DNA of 39,907 nt from Balamuthia mandrillaris. Lineage: Eukaryota. Positions 22,382-34,410 of this stretch are shown here, in pieces (position 1 is the first letter of the stretch; each line of letters opens with the position of its first letter). Position numbers and translations under genes: made by a program. Under the pieces are notes generated by a model, which did not search any database, was not told where the DNA came from, and worked only from the letters and a program-made list of their open reading frames with translations. Location of the stretch: NCBI GenBank assembly GCA_031835245.2, contig JAVKOQ020000114.1, forward strand, positions 124,001 to 163,907, in the 5' to 3' direction.

Positions 22382-22667
22382 AGTGGAAATTCTCTTCGGG
22401 TCGACACAAACATTTACATGACGACATGGATAAAATCGGGTCGACCTGTAGATAATTCCCTAGGGACGACATGATGATTCCGTACCCGTAAAGAAAGCAA
22501 AGAAGAAAGAAAGGGACAACGATGGGTTTCTTGAAGGGAGGAAGGGGAGGTGGCTTGTGGCGGTCCTTGAAAGGGTTTTCTTTGTTTCCATGTAAGTAGT
22601 TTTGAAAACAACCTGCGACACCCATTTTTTTTTGGTACATTAAAACTTTTTATTCTGGTTGGGTTAA

Positions 22668-23984
<1,317 letters not shown>

Positions 23985-24101
23985 TTTGTTTCATTGTTTA
24001 AAAGAAAAGAAAAGAAAAAAAGAAGAAAAAAATCAGAAAAAAATCAGAAAAATAAAAATTATCGACAATAAGAAAAAGAAAGAAAAGAAAAGAAAAGAAA
24101 A

Positions 24102-25388
24102 ATGAAGAAACGAAAGGCCAGCTCGTTGGGTGGCGGAGCCTCGGTGGCCAGCCTTTATTCCTCTCCGATACGGCGAAGACCACCCCAGGCCAGACGAAGG
24201 AGAAGCGCTCCCTCCTCCGCTCATGAGGATGTCTTTGCTGCCCTGAGGGAGGGAGAGGAGAAAGAAGAAGTGGGGGAGGAGGAAGAGGAGGAGGAACGGG
24301 TGGAGTTGGGTGAACTTGCCTCGGACACGTGGGTTGGCTTGCAAATACTTCGCTCCCAGTTTCCGCTGCTCTCTGGCGATGCGCGGACGCCGCCAGTGCC
24401 TGTTCTCCTCAAAACCCAACTATATGCCATCGTCACCAACCACACGGACGTCGATCAACAGCTGGTACCTTCTCTCGTTCTCCCTCCTTGTCGTTCTCTT
24501 CGTGGTGTGTTCGCTTCTCTGCTTCTCTCAGCGGTGAGAAAACAACCCAACAAACACGCACACAAACAATCAAACAAAAGGACCAACTAAAGAAAGACGG
24601 AAAGCTGCGACTGTTTAAGTTGCTGAGCCTGAAGGACGAGTATGCCATCATGCTGCAGGAGGACTATCTCTCTCTCATCGACATTACAAAGCAACGGCAC
24701 ATCGACATCCAGAAACAAGAGCGAGCAAACGACAAAGAACCTGAAGAGTGCTCCGCAAAAGCCAAAGATAAAGAGCGGGAGAAAGAGGAGGACTCTGCCA
24801 CTGAAACGAGTGCTGCCATTTTTGGTACCTTCAACCTGAGTTTTTTTGCTATGCGATACTTAATCCTATCTTCTTGTTGCAAAAAGATATCTTTGTGAGG
24901 ACGGTGGCCTCGACATGTTGTGCCAAAGAGAGCATCACAAAAGCGGAGCTGAGCAACTTGTTGTTTGGGGATGGTCCGATCAACGAGACACAAATTACGT
25001 TGGTCTTCACCTTCTCTTCTTCTCCCTTCTGTTCCATTCGATAGCTCTTTCTCTTGGTTTTCCTTCCCATCTTTTGCTTATGGTTTTTGCTCTTAGCATG
25101 TTGGTGAATGCAGGTTTGTTAATAAGAGGAAGGGAGGAAATAGAGTGCTTTTGGTTCTCTATTCCAAGCACAGGTCCATTTTTCAGCAGCTGCCTCAAAG
25201 GACGGAAGGAAGTGATCACCATGCTGCAAAGAACAAGGCATAAGGAGATGTTTCGAGAGGACCTCGCCAAGAGGAAGATGCGATACTCTTTCTTGCCACC
25301 AATGTTCCACGTGAAGGACCTCATAGGCAAAGAAGTACTGGAAAGCGTGGAGACAACGGCCGGACCACTAATACGATTACGAAATTGA
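24102..25388 (+). CDS. STK19: STK19 / winged-helix DNA repair factor homolog, about 4 exons
   Basis: DT...LRSQFP, LKTQLYAIV..HTDVDQQL, LVNAGLL, FWFSIPSTGPF....KGRKEV, FHVKDLIG..VLESVETTAGPLIRL. Confidence 0.9.
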
Positions 25389-25424
25389 TGAGCATGTACA
25401 AACATACAAAAACACAGCATTATT

Positions 25425-28400
25425 TCAGTAAAAGTGTACAGAGGTCCATCCTTTTCTTCGATATCCTTTTGGGCAAAAAAGCTCAAGCATCTTTCCTCGT
25501 CCACGCGCTTTATCGTAACAGGCGTTTGGTAGCATTGTCTCGATGATGTCATATACCGCTTCTGGTTTTTCTTCCCGTTCTACTTCCACCCAGTCTTCTT
25601 CTTTTTTCTCCTCCTCAAGATCTGCCACGTGGTCTCCTTTACTTGCAGAAGCTTCTTTTTTGGTTCGTTTGGTTGAGTTGCGATGACGAATGTGGTGATA
25701 ACGTTCTTTGGAGATGGGAGGAAGCGGAGCAAATATTACATCCGTATTTCGTTGATGGCGCAGCTCCAAATCTCCTGTTGCTGTTTCTTCTTCGTCAATG
25801 TCATCGTCATCGTTGTCGCTGCTGCCAACAACACCATTCAGGGAGGAGGGCATCTTCTTGAAAATGAGGAGAGTGAGCTTGGACTTGCGGAAGTAAGGAG
25901 AGGGTTCCTCGACGGTCTTATTGTTGACGGATTGCCGCACCCATGCCAAGTTTTCCACATACGTAAACCTCCATTTGGCAGCCATTCGCATCACCTTTTT
26001 GTATTGTGTCAGTGAAGCAAGCAACATCGAAGATGAAATACGAGAGGTGAACTATACCCTTGGAATGAGCTCCTTTTCGACCCAAATGAACAAAAGACCA
26101 TTGCGGACCAAAGAACCGATGTCCCACCACCGCCCCAACTCCTCTGGAGTAACGCCCCATGTTTCTTGGTTGACCCATGGGGGATCCATTACCACTGCTT
26201 CAAAGTCATTGCCAAGAAGCTTTAAGTCATAAGGTTCTGACAGCTTCATTTCCCGATAACTAATAAGCTTTACTCGTTAGAACGGAAAAAACAGAAGTGA
26301 AAGAACAAAAGGGAGAGAAAGTTACAATGCGCCTTTGATGTCCTGATAGCGCCTCTGCAGGGCAGTACGGCCCTTATGATCACGTTGGAGCGGTTGGATG
26401 AGCCTTGCCCATGTGCTCGGTATACGCTTTGGCATCGCAACCTTTTCTGGCGGTTGCTCCTCCTGCGGTAGTGGGGCAAGCCCTTTGATCCAAAAGGAAA
26501 GGTCCAGTTGTCGTGTTATCGGTGCTGTTTGTTTGGACCGTAGTAGCGGCGAGGAGGATATTAGTTGTTTCTTGTTACGCTCCGGTTGAAAGGTTTTAAT
26601 CGCTTTCGTTTCGAGTTTGGGTGGCTGTTGAGGTGGCGAGAGTGGTGGTAGTGGTTCTGTCTTTTTGTTTGCTTTCATTGCGAGTCGTTGTTCCTTCCGT
26701 TCAAGCAACAATAAGGCATCGTTGGTCTTGCTCTTGTTGAGAGGCGTTCGTTTCTCGTTTTCCTTTTCATTGTCCTTGCTCTTTTTCTTTTCTTGCTTAT
26801 GTACATGGCTTGTATCGATGGGAGAGGTGGATATGAGTTGGGAGGCTATGGTCGAATGCTCAGTCTCTCTTTTGCTTCGTTGAGGTGAGACGGAGGAAGT
26901 AGTAAACGTTATGTCTCCCTCTCCTCCATGATACTTTCTAAGCCATCTATCCACCCATTTTTCAACGTATTTGACTTGTTGGGTTTGCCATACATCGGTC
27001 AGGCAGTTTTTAAGCTGCATCTGCTTAGGAAATAACAACGTGAGTTCTCTACTGTTGTCTGTGAAAACGGGTACACGTACATCCTTAGAATGGCTACCAC
27101 GGTATCCAGCCAAGCATTGTCTCGTGTCTTCATCGACCTCATTGTCCGTTCGCTTTGAAGAAGCAGCATTAGCCTTTTCGTTTGGGAGCTTTCGCTCCCT
27201 CACTAACTTGCGGTAGTAGTTGGCGCATTGATAACCGACCCGGTGAGGCAATCCTTTGCTGAAGAGACCCCAGGAGGAACCCACCTGCCATCCTTTGCTC
27301 TTGAACTCGTTGTAACGATCCATCCAAGCCTTTGCTTCTGCTCCTTTGATGCCTCCTGAAGCTTGTTTTACTCCAATATCTACATGCATGTTCTCAAGGA
27401 TAAGAAAAAGACAAACATCTTGAGAAAGAAAGGAGACAAAGGGTTGAAATACCCGTGAATCGATAGTAATAGGCGTTGGGGTTGCTGTGCCGCTGTCTCC
27501 AAGCCGCTATTCTCGCCGAGGACCATTCTTTAACGCTCTGCTCATCAAAAGGTTCAACAAACTTGTCCAGCTCGATAAATGCTTCTTCGTCTCCTTTGCG
27601 TGAATCAATCTCCTCTTGTGCAGGGTGTAACTTCTTGCTTGGTTCGTTGTGTTGTTGTTCAGTCAAGGGCGACTGCATTGTCATTGCCTCATTCCTTTCT
27701 TCTCTGCTGCTTTTGGATGGCAGATCATCTTCTTCCATTCTCTTCGAGTTGCGAGTAATGCGTATGGTTAGACGATTGTTGGACGCCTTGCTATCTTCTT
27801 TCTTTGGGGGTTCTGTTTCTGCCGAGGGCTCAACAACGGAAGCTCTATGCTTTGGCGGCCGTCCTCTGCTAGTTCTTTTTTTGCCGGATCCTTTCGGTCT
27901 TCCTCGTCTTCGTTTTGTCACAACCTCCTCCACAGGTTCCTCTGCTTCCTTCTTTTTCTGTTCCTCCTCATCGTACTTTTCACCTTGAGACAGATGCCCC
28001 TGCACTACAAGTGCCATCGGATCCTGTTCACTAACTTGTGTTCTCCTCTTCTTGTGTTGACTAGCGACGGGATTGTCGTGCTCCATATTGTCGTCGTTGT
28101 CATTGTTATGTCGTGTTGCGATTGCGTCAGGAGAAGATGGTTCAGCAAGGAGGTTAAAAACTCGTTCTATTTTTCTTTTAAGTGAGTTGCCTCGCTCTTT
28201 CTGATCTCCATTGCGTTCCTCACCAGCTGCTTCTCGCGTCTTGTCGAAAGGTAAAAGCGTCGCAACATGTTGTCTGGTGTTATCTTCTCCCTTCACGGGA
28301 GAGCTACCATTTGAAAAAGCGCTCTCTTCTCCCTCCCACTCTTCTGAAGAAGAAGAACTGGTGTCCAGGAAGCCGCCCCATTGTTTCTTTTTGCGCTTCT

Positions 28401-29292
28401 TCTGCTTTGTGGGTGAAGGCGAAGAGGAGGGTGTTGGTGTAGCTGCTGCTTTGGGAGACGTCGTGGTTGCAGTCGAAGGCCGTTCAGGAGCTGTGTATGT
28501 ATCGGCAGTAGAAAGAGAAGGAATGGGTTTTTCCACCTTCGCCACGTCTTTCCCTGTTGATAACGAAACTTTTGACAACGGGCCAAAAGAAGAAGCCTCA
28601 CAGGAGGAAATAGTAGTACTTGACGGAGGTAGAGGACCTATGCGGCTGAAGGAAGAGGTGGTGGAAGAGGCTATTCTCGAAGAAGCATCCTTGTTGGGGG
28701 TTCGCTTCGCTAGAGAAAGTGGTGGTCGTTGGCGAGCTGGTGTAGTGCGTTGAAAGAGCAGGCCGAAGGGGGAAGGACTGTTTTTGTTTTTGTGCACTAC
28801 TGAAACGATCTTGACCTCCTCCTCTTCCTCTTCTCCTTGCTTTACCGGTTCTTTTCCGCTCTCCTCCTGTGTTGTGGATAACGTAGGCAGTGGAAGCGGC
28901 AGCGAAGGAGGTGGGGTAGCGGTCACCTCTCTTCTCGGAGGATCATCTTCGCTGTAAGCGGTAGTGATACACGACTGGGATGGCAGCAGCGGTTCCGCTG
29001 CAACAAACGCGAAAACCTCTTCGTCTGCCTTGCCGTGATGCCGTCGCAGCTCTTCAGCGATCTCCTCCTCTACCTGCCGAAAGGAGTCCAAAGAGAAGCT
29101 GCTGCCCGCGCTCCCAAGGCCTCTCCCTTCCGCCTTGCCACCGTCCTCAAAGAAGGACAGCCAGGCGGCCACGTCCAAGGGCTCCTCCGAAGAACAAAAC
29201 AGGTCCATTTGCTGGCACGGTTGGCTTCCTTGCGCACCATCTTCATCATCGCCGTACGGCCAGTGATGATGATGGCTGGCGTTGTCCATCAT
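25425..29292 (-). CDS. Fusion protein: AT-hooks + p1/AMTP1-type Myb-like domain + MT-A70 (MTA9/AMT6-7-type) methyltransferase domain; exons 29292-27453, 27379-26326, 26259-26058, 25994-25425 (~1221 aa; alternative start 29385)
   Basis: Three GT-AG introns with matching phases (1, 2, 0); NPNAYYYRFT-D...WGLFSKGLPHRVGYQCANYYRKLV; FEAVVMDPPW, GLLFIWVEKE, YVENLAW, YFRKSK, LELRHQRNTDVIF, KPEAVYDIIETMLP, KMLELF. Confidence 0.85.
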
Positions 29293-29520
29293 CCCCACCA
29301 GCTCAAGGCTGCAAGAAGTTTTGCAGTGCCAAAGGCGTGCGAAATAATTATCGGTATGATTTCTTGCCGTAACGACTTTGTTCATCGGCCTAACGGTCCC
29401 TTCCTAACTACCCCAAATTTTTGTTTTCTTGTAAAAATTTTAAATAGTTACCAAAGGTGACATCATATTTTATCCAAATATAGAAACTTACATAAATGAA
29501 AATTCCTAACATGAAGAAAA

Positions 29521-29528
29521 TGACGTCA
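29521..29528. promoter_or_regulatory. Perfect CRE palindrome TGACGTCA in the divergent promoter between the MT-A70 fusion and the HDEL gene
   Basis: Read directly; function is inferred. Confidence 0.3.
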
Positions 29529-29682
29529 ACTTCGCTCTTCCCTCTTTTGTGACAATAAAAAAATGTAGCGCAGCAGGGTGGACATAAGTATTGAGGAGTC
29601 ATGTACTTTCCCGCTGAGACAAAGGGGAATGGTATCTAAGTTTTGTCTACCTTGCGGGCTTACAATTAAAAAAAGAGGAAGG

Positions 29683-30205
29683 ATGCTGGCTCGGCTTTGG
29701 CTGATGATGGCGGCAGTGGTGGTGGTGGTGTGCGTGGGGAATGGGTGGTCGTGGAAGGCAAAGACAACGGTGGAGGCGAAAGAGGTTCCTTTGGGCTTTG
29801 AGGACGAGCGGGTGGACCTGTTCGAGGGGCTGCTGAGGGTGTGCAGCGAGCTCTGCGATGACCAGCTCAAGGACAACGACGTCTGCCGGGATTTTTGTCG
29901 GTTTGTGGAGCACATCGAGGCGGAACATGCGGAAGAGATACAGACAACGTTCGAAACGTACGGCCGTAAGCTGGCCCCTGCGGTAACCGTCACACAATTT
30001 TTCGTTTTTGCAATGTGCTTCTGTTCTATTTGCTGAAGGACTTTTGAAAAAAAAAACCAAACAAACAAACCAGTCATGGGCCATGCAGGATACCATACGG
30101 TGGCGGTTGCAGACGAACCAAGAGGACCTGCACGCCCTGGGGGACTACTTCCTGGAGAGCCTGCTGCAGTGGAGCAGCTTCGCCTTCCGCCACGACGAAT
30201 TGTGA
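29683..30205 (+). CDS. Small ER-luminal protein of unknown function (signal peptide, twin CX3C, C-terminal HDEL); exons 29683-29982 and 30074-30205, 143 aa
   Basis: MLARLWLMMAAVVVVVCVG signal; CSELC and CRDFC; phase-0 GTAACC...ACCAG intron; ends FRHDEL*. Confidence 0.8.
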
Positions 30206-30325
30206 TCCTATCCTTGCCAATCTGTGCTCCTTTTGTGCACCGCTGTCATGGTGCTGCAATCCTTGAGCTCTTTTTCTGTACAAACTGAACAAAACAAATC
30301 AAACGAGAAAAAAGAGAGAAGAGAG

Positions 30326-31901
30326 ATGGAAGAGGAGCATGGCGATGGAAGAGAGAGCAGAGCGGAGCATGGCGATGGAAAGGAGGTCCGAAGGGTGGTC
30401 ATTTGTGGCGGGGGCGTCATTGGAGCAAGCATAGCCTACCATCTGATGCTGTTGCTGGCTCACGCTCCGCAGCAGCAAGGGGATGAGGAGCAGGGTGAGA
30501 CCCCCACTTCTCAGCCCACCACCACCCCAGAGTGGCAGGTCACCGTGGTGGAGAAAGGAGGGCAGGTGGCCAGCGCTGCCTCTGGCAAGGCCGGTGGCTT
30601 CCTGGCCCTGGACTGGTGCGACCACTCCGCGTTGCGGCACCTCGCCCGCCCGAGCTTCCAGCTGCACGCCACGATGGCCTCCGCCTTTGCCAGCGAGTCC
30701 CAACAGAACTATGACTATCGCCCCATGGACACCCTCTCCCTCACCTGCAAGGCCGGTCTGAAGCGCTCCGCCCTGTTGGAGCAACAAAGAAAGGAGGAGA
30801 AGCGGCGCGAGAAGATGCCCTGGCTGCCGCCATCTGCTGCGCTGTCCTTGCTGCCCTCCTGGCTGGACCTGTCGGCGATCAAGGCGTTCTCTCCGCTGGG
30901 CAACACTGAGACCACAGCCCAGCTGCACCCCGCCAAGTTCACTCGTGTTCTCATAGAAGAGGCTCAGAAGTTGGGCAACGTTCAGCTGCTTCTCAACACT
31001 GAAGTGACCAACGTTGCTATGGAGAATGGCAAAGTGGTAGCTGTACAGATCTCTTCCTCCGCCTCCCCTTCTTCTTCCACTCCCACTACTCTGCCAGCTG
31101 ATGTGGTGGTGGTAGCGATGGGTCCATGGTCCAAAGATGCGTGCCGATGGTTTCCTAACCTGCCTCCGATCCATGCACAAAAAGCACATAGCATCCTCAT
31201 TCGCCCTTCTAGTCCGGTAATGTTCCTTCTCCCTTCTCTCGCTCTGTTCTTGTTCTGTCTCTTTACTCTCCAAAGCTCTTCTCTCTGTGCCCCTTCTCTC
31301 GTTCTCTCGCTCTCGCTCTCTCTCTCTCACTTTCTCTCTCTCTCTCTCCCTGCTTTGTGTGTTCTGTTTGCAGTTATTTTGGGTGTGGGTGGGAGTGATT
31401 AAAATGAAAGATGATGACTGACGTTTTATAATCAACTTATGTTAGGTGAGTGCACACGCGTTATTCGTGGAATACACAGACACGACGCGTCGCTCTCCAG
31501 AGATCTATCCACGCAGCACAGGAGAGGTCTATATCTGCGGCGAATCAGATGGAAGAACGCCGCTCCCTCCTCACCCTAACGACGTCAAGCCCAACGAGGA
31601 GAGCTGTGAGGCCTTGCGCTCTGTAGCAAGCGCCCTCTCTCCGGCGCTCTCAGAGGGCCAAGTGGAGTGCCAACAAGCATGTTACCTACCGTTATCGCCA
31701 GATGGATTGCCGCTGCTGGGCCGCATAGAGGGGGTAGAAGGAGCATACGTGGCCGCAGGGCACGGGTGTTGGGGCATCCTCAACTCGCCCGCAACTGGCT
31801 TGGCCATGGCGGAACTGATCTTGTACGGTAGCAGTCACTCCATCTCGCTTCGCCCCTTTGATCCTTCAAGAAAAAGTGTTCAGGTGGCAACAAGAGAGTA
31901 G
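30326..31901 (+). CDS. FAD-dependent oxidoreductase, DAO family (TDA3/Btn3-like), 2 exons: 30326-31216, 31446-31901
   Basis: VVICGGGVIG, ASAASGKAGGFLALDW, TTAQLHPAKFT, AMGPWS, PEIYPR, QACYLP..DGLPLLG, AAGHGCWGILNSPATG. Confidence 0.92.
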
Positions 31902-32586
31902 GTCAGCGGAACAGTAAACAACAGAAGTCAAACCTCCAACCGGAAAATACGGAAAAAAATCCTTTCCTTCGTCTAAAACAGAGCCTCACGAAGATCAAAG
32001 GCAGGTAAAGATAGTGGCGAGATGAGAAACATCCGTTTTTGGTTGCAGTACGCATTTCGTATGGAGCGATCTGTTGGTATCGCAGATAAGATAAAGCGAT
32101 GTATGTTGAGGCGAGTAAGGAACCAATGCCCAAACGGTCCCAATTCCCTTAGCGAGCAAGATGAGGGGGAGTGGAGGTATTGGAGACCAACTTTGGGTGA
32201 AATTTCACAGAGGGGTGACCCGAATTGTTTTGTTTACCGAAACGTCACTTGTTGTCCTTTTTGGGCCTCAGCTAATTTCCTTTGCTGGAGCTCGGTCTTA
32301 CCTGGAAGCACGCAAGAGCTGAGTTCGCTCCTGTACTGGTTGGATACCATCTATGTTGTTCAGGCAGTTTCCCCCTTTTTGAATACAAGAACACCATCCG
32401 GCCCCAATACTAGGGGATTGGTCTCTTTTAAGAAAGACGATCCTTCCCACCGATAAACCAGGAAACCGCGGACTCTCTCTCTCTCTCCGACAAAAGCCAA
32501 GGGCTTGGGAAATTTCTATGCGTTAAACGGTCATAGAGAAATATTTTCTTTCAAGTTCCAAAGCAAGCACAGGGCACAGGCACTCA

Positions 32587-34197
32587 ATGGGAGAACATTT
32601 TAATGAAAGCATACGCCGCGATATCACAACATGGTACCGCCATCATCTTTGGTGAAAACGATATCGTTCTTACTTTGCTAGCTTCATCCTGTCCTTTAAC
32701 TCCGTTCCAGGATTCAAAACAACTATAGGATAGAGATTGGAATGTCAACACCCAAGGAGAGCGTCTACTGTCACTACACCATGAGCTGTATGTTTCGGGG
32801 ATTGAAGCCCGTTTCTTCCTCTGTCTTTGGGCGGATCATGCATAAAGTATTTCCCGCATTGAAGAGCTCCCGCAAAGGTGCGAGAGCGAAAGCCCCTATT
32901 CGTCCCTGTTCTCCTGTTTGGTGTTTCTGTGCACACTTCACCTTTCCTAAAAAACGGAAACATCAGCTAACACCTCAAACAAACGAAAACAGGTCCTCGA
33001 GGAAAGGAAAAGCACCACTACAAGGACTTGGGGGTGCGATCAGATCATGACCCTGCACTGCTCGTCAACCAGCAGAAAGAAGCTCCCTCTGAAAGCAACA
33101 ATAGCTGCACTAATTCCCAGGAGGCCAACAAGAGAAAACGAAAGAGAAGCCGCGCAACCTTTGTTGACGAGGGCTTGAAACTACAAACACACACCTCTGA
33201 AACGGCTGGTTGTGACGCAGTCCTCCAGCGTCATCCACGACCTCATTCCACACCTCCTGCCGCATTCTACAACCTAGTTTCCGCAAGCTGGTCTCCTGCC
33301 TCTTTCTCCTCTGCTTCCGCTGATGAAACACTAGGACGGAACCCAGGCCTGCCCACGCCTCAACTGAAACGAGAGGTGGCTGCAAACCCAGTCACCCGGT
33401 CCTCGGCACCAGCGTCCACCAGTGGCGTGAGCCCCCATCACCACCTACCATCGAGTAATCCTTTTTCCGTTTCCTCAGCATCACCAACACCCACACCCAC
33501 GCCTCCACCACACCAACTACAAACCAAAGGGCATTCTTCTCCGATGGGTACTTCCCCTCTGCACTACTGCTCTAATGTTTCTCCAGTGGCCAACTCGTCT
33601 TCAGCCCCCACCCCTCGCTTTATGGAGGAGGTCTGTTCCTGGGAGCTTGGACCCATCTTCTCGTGCACCTTCGCGGAGGACCTCCCCGACACATTGCAGC
33701 AGTGCGCTCAACACTTCCTCAAGCAGTATCAACAGCACTGGGAGCAGGTCTTTGAGGCCCTGCTGCGAGGGGATCTGAAGGGAGCGGGACATCTCTCTCA
33801 CCCCTTCTGGGAGTCCGTTGCCTTTTTGTATCCTCTCTTCGAGGAGAGGAGCGTCTGCGCGCAGATACTGGACCTCGACAGGGAGGCTTACGGCACGCTC
33901 TCCGACCTCATCATGGCCAACTCTGCCCTGGGTCATGTCGAAACTCTAGCTGCTTGGTGCAAAGAGCTGGCCAACTTGTTCCCTCGTTTCGTGGAGAACG
34001 CGGTAACGGGCGTGCTGCCACCCTACCTCGTCTCGCGAAAGGTCCGGCAGGCCAAATCCTTTGCCGCCACGTTGGTCCATCGGGCTGAATTCCTGTGTTA
34101 TCTCGATCGTCAGTCAAGGAATGGTGGAAGCAATCTCTCTGTGCCAACAGTACCAGAGGTCTTGGACCGTTCTCTCCCAAGTCACTGCGTGCACTGA
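32587..34197 (+). CDS. RFX: RFX-family winged-helix transcription factor; exons 32587-32633, 32711-32877, 32993-34197
   Basis: Spliced WIQNNY...STPKESVYCHY..C...LKPVSSSVFGRIMHKVFPALKSSRKGPRGKEKHHYKDL follows the RFX DNA-binding domain; C-terminal FLKQYQQH...FW and AKSFAATL resemble the B/C/dimerisation regions. Confidence 0.85.
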
Positions 34198-34410
34198 GGG
34201 CACGAAACTCAACCACCCTTCTTCCTCCGTCAGTCGTGCAGAACTTTTGTCTGCGCTTCTGTAAATTTGCTTTTTATCGACCACCTGAAAATAAAGTGCT
34301 AATATATGAAATTTTGTCATAAAATATTCACTTTTGCAATAATTTTGTAGCGAAAATCAATAAAATGCGATAAAAATATCATACGAATTTTACGAAAACA
34401 AAAACACAGA

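Noticed and set aside
30334..30380. 17-nt direct repeat GGAGCATGGCGATGGAA
   Set aside because: A small in-frame duplication (EHGDG x2) in a variable N-terminus, not a target-site duplication
30299..31435. 378-codon antisense ORF over the oxidoreductase, and similar shadow ORFs over other genes
   Set aside because: Antisense shadows of GC3-rich coding sequence
32022..32456. 144-codon ORF upstream of RFX
   Set aside because: No motif, atypical Trp/Cys-rich composition; likely intergenic or UTR, though not excluded
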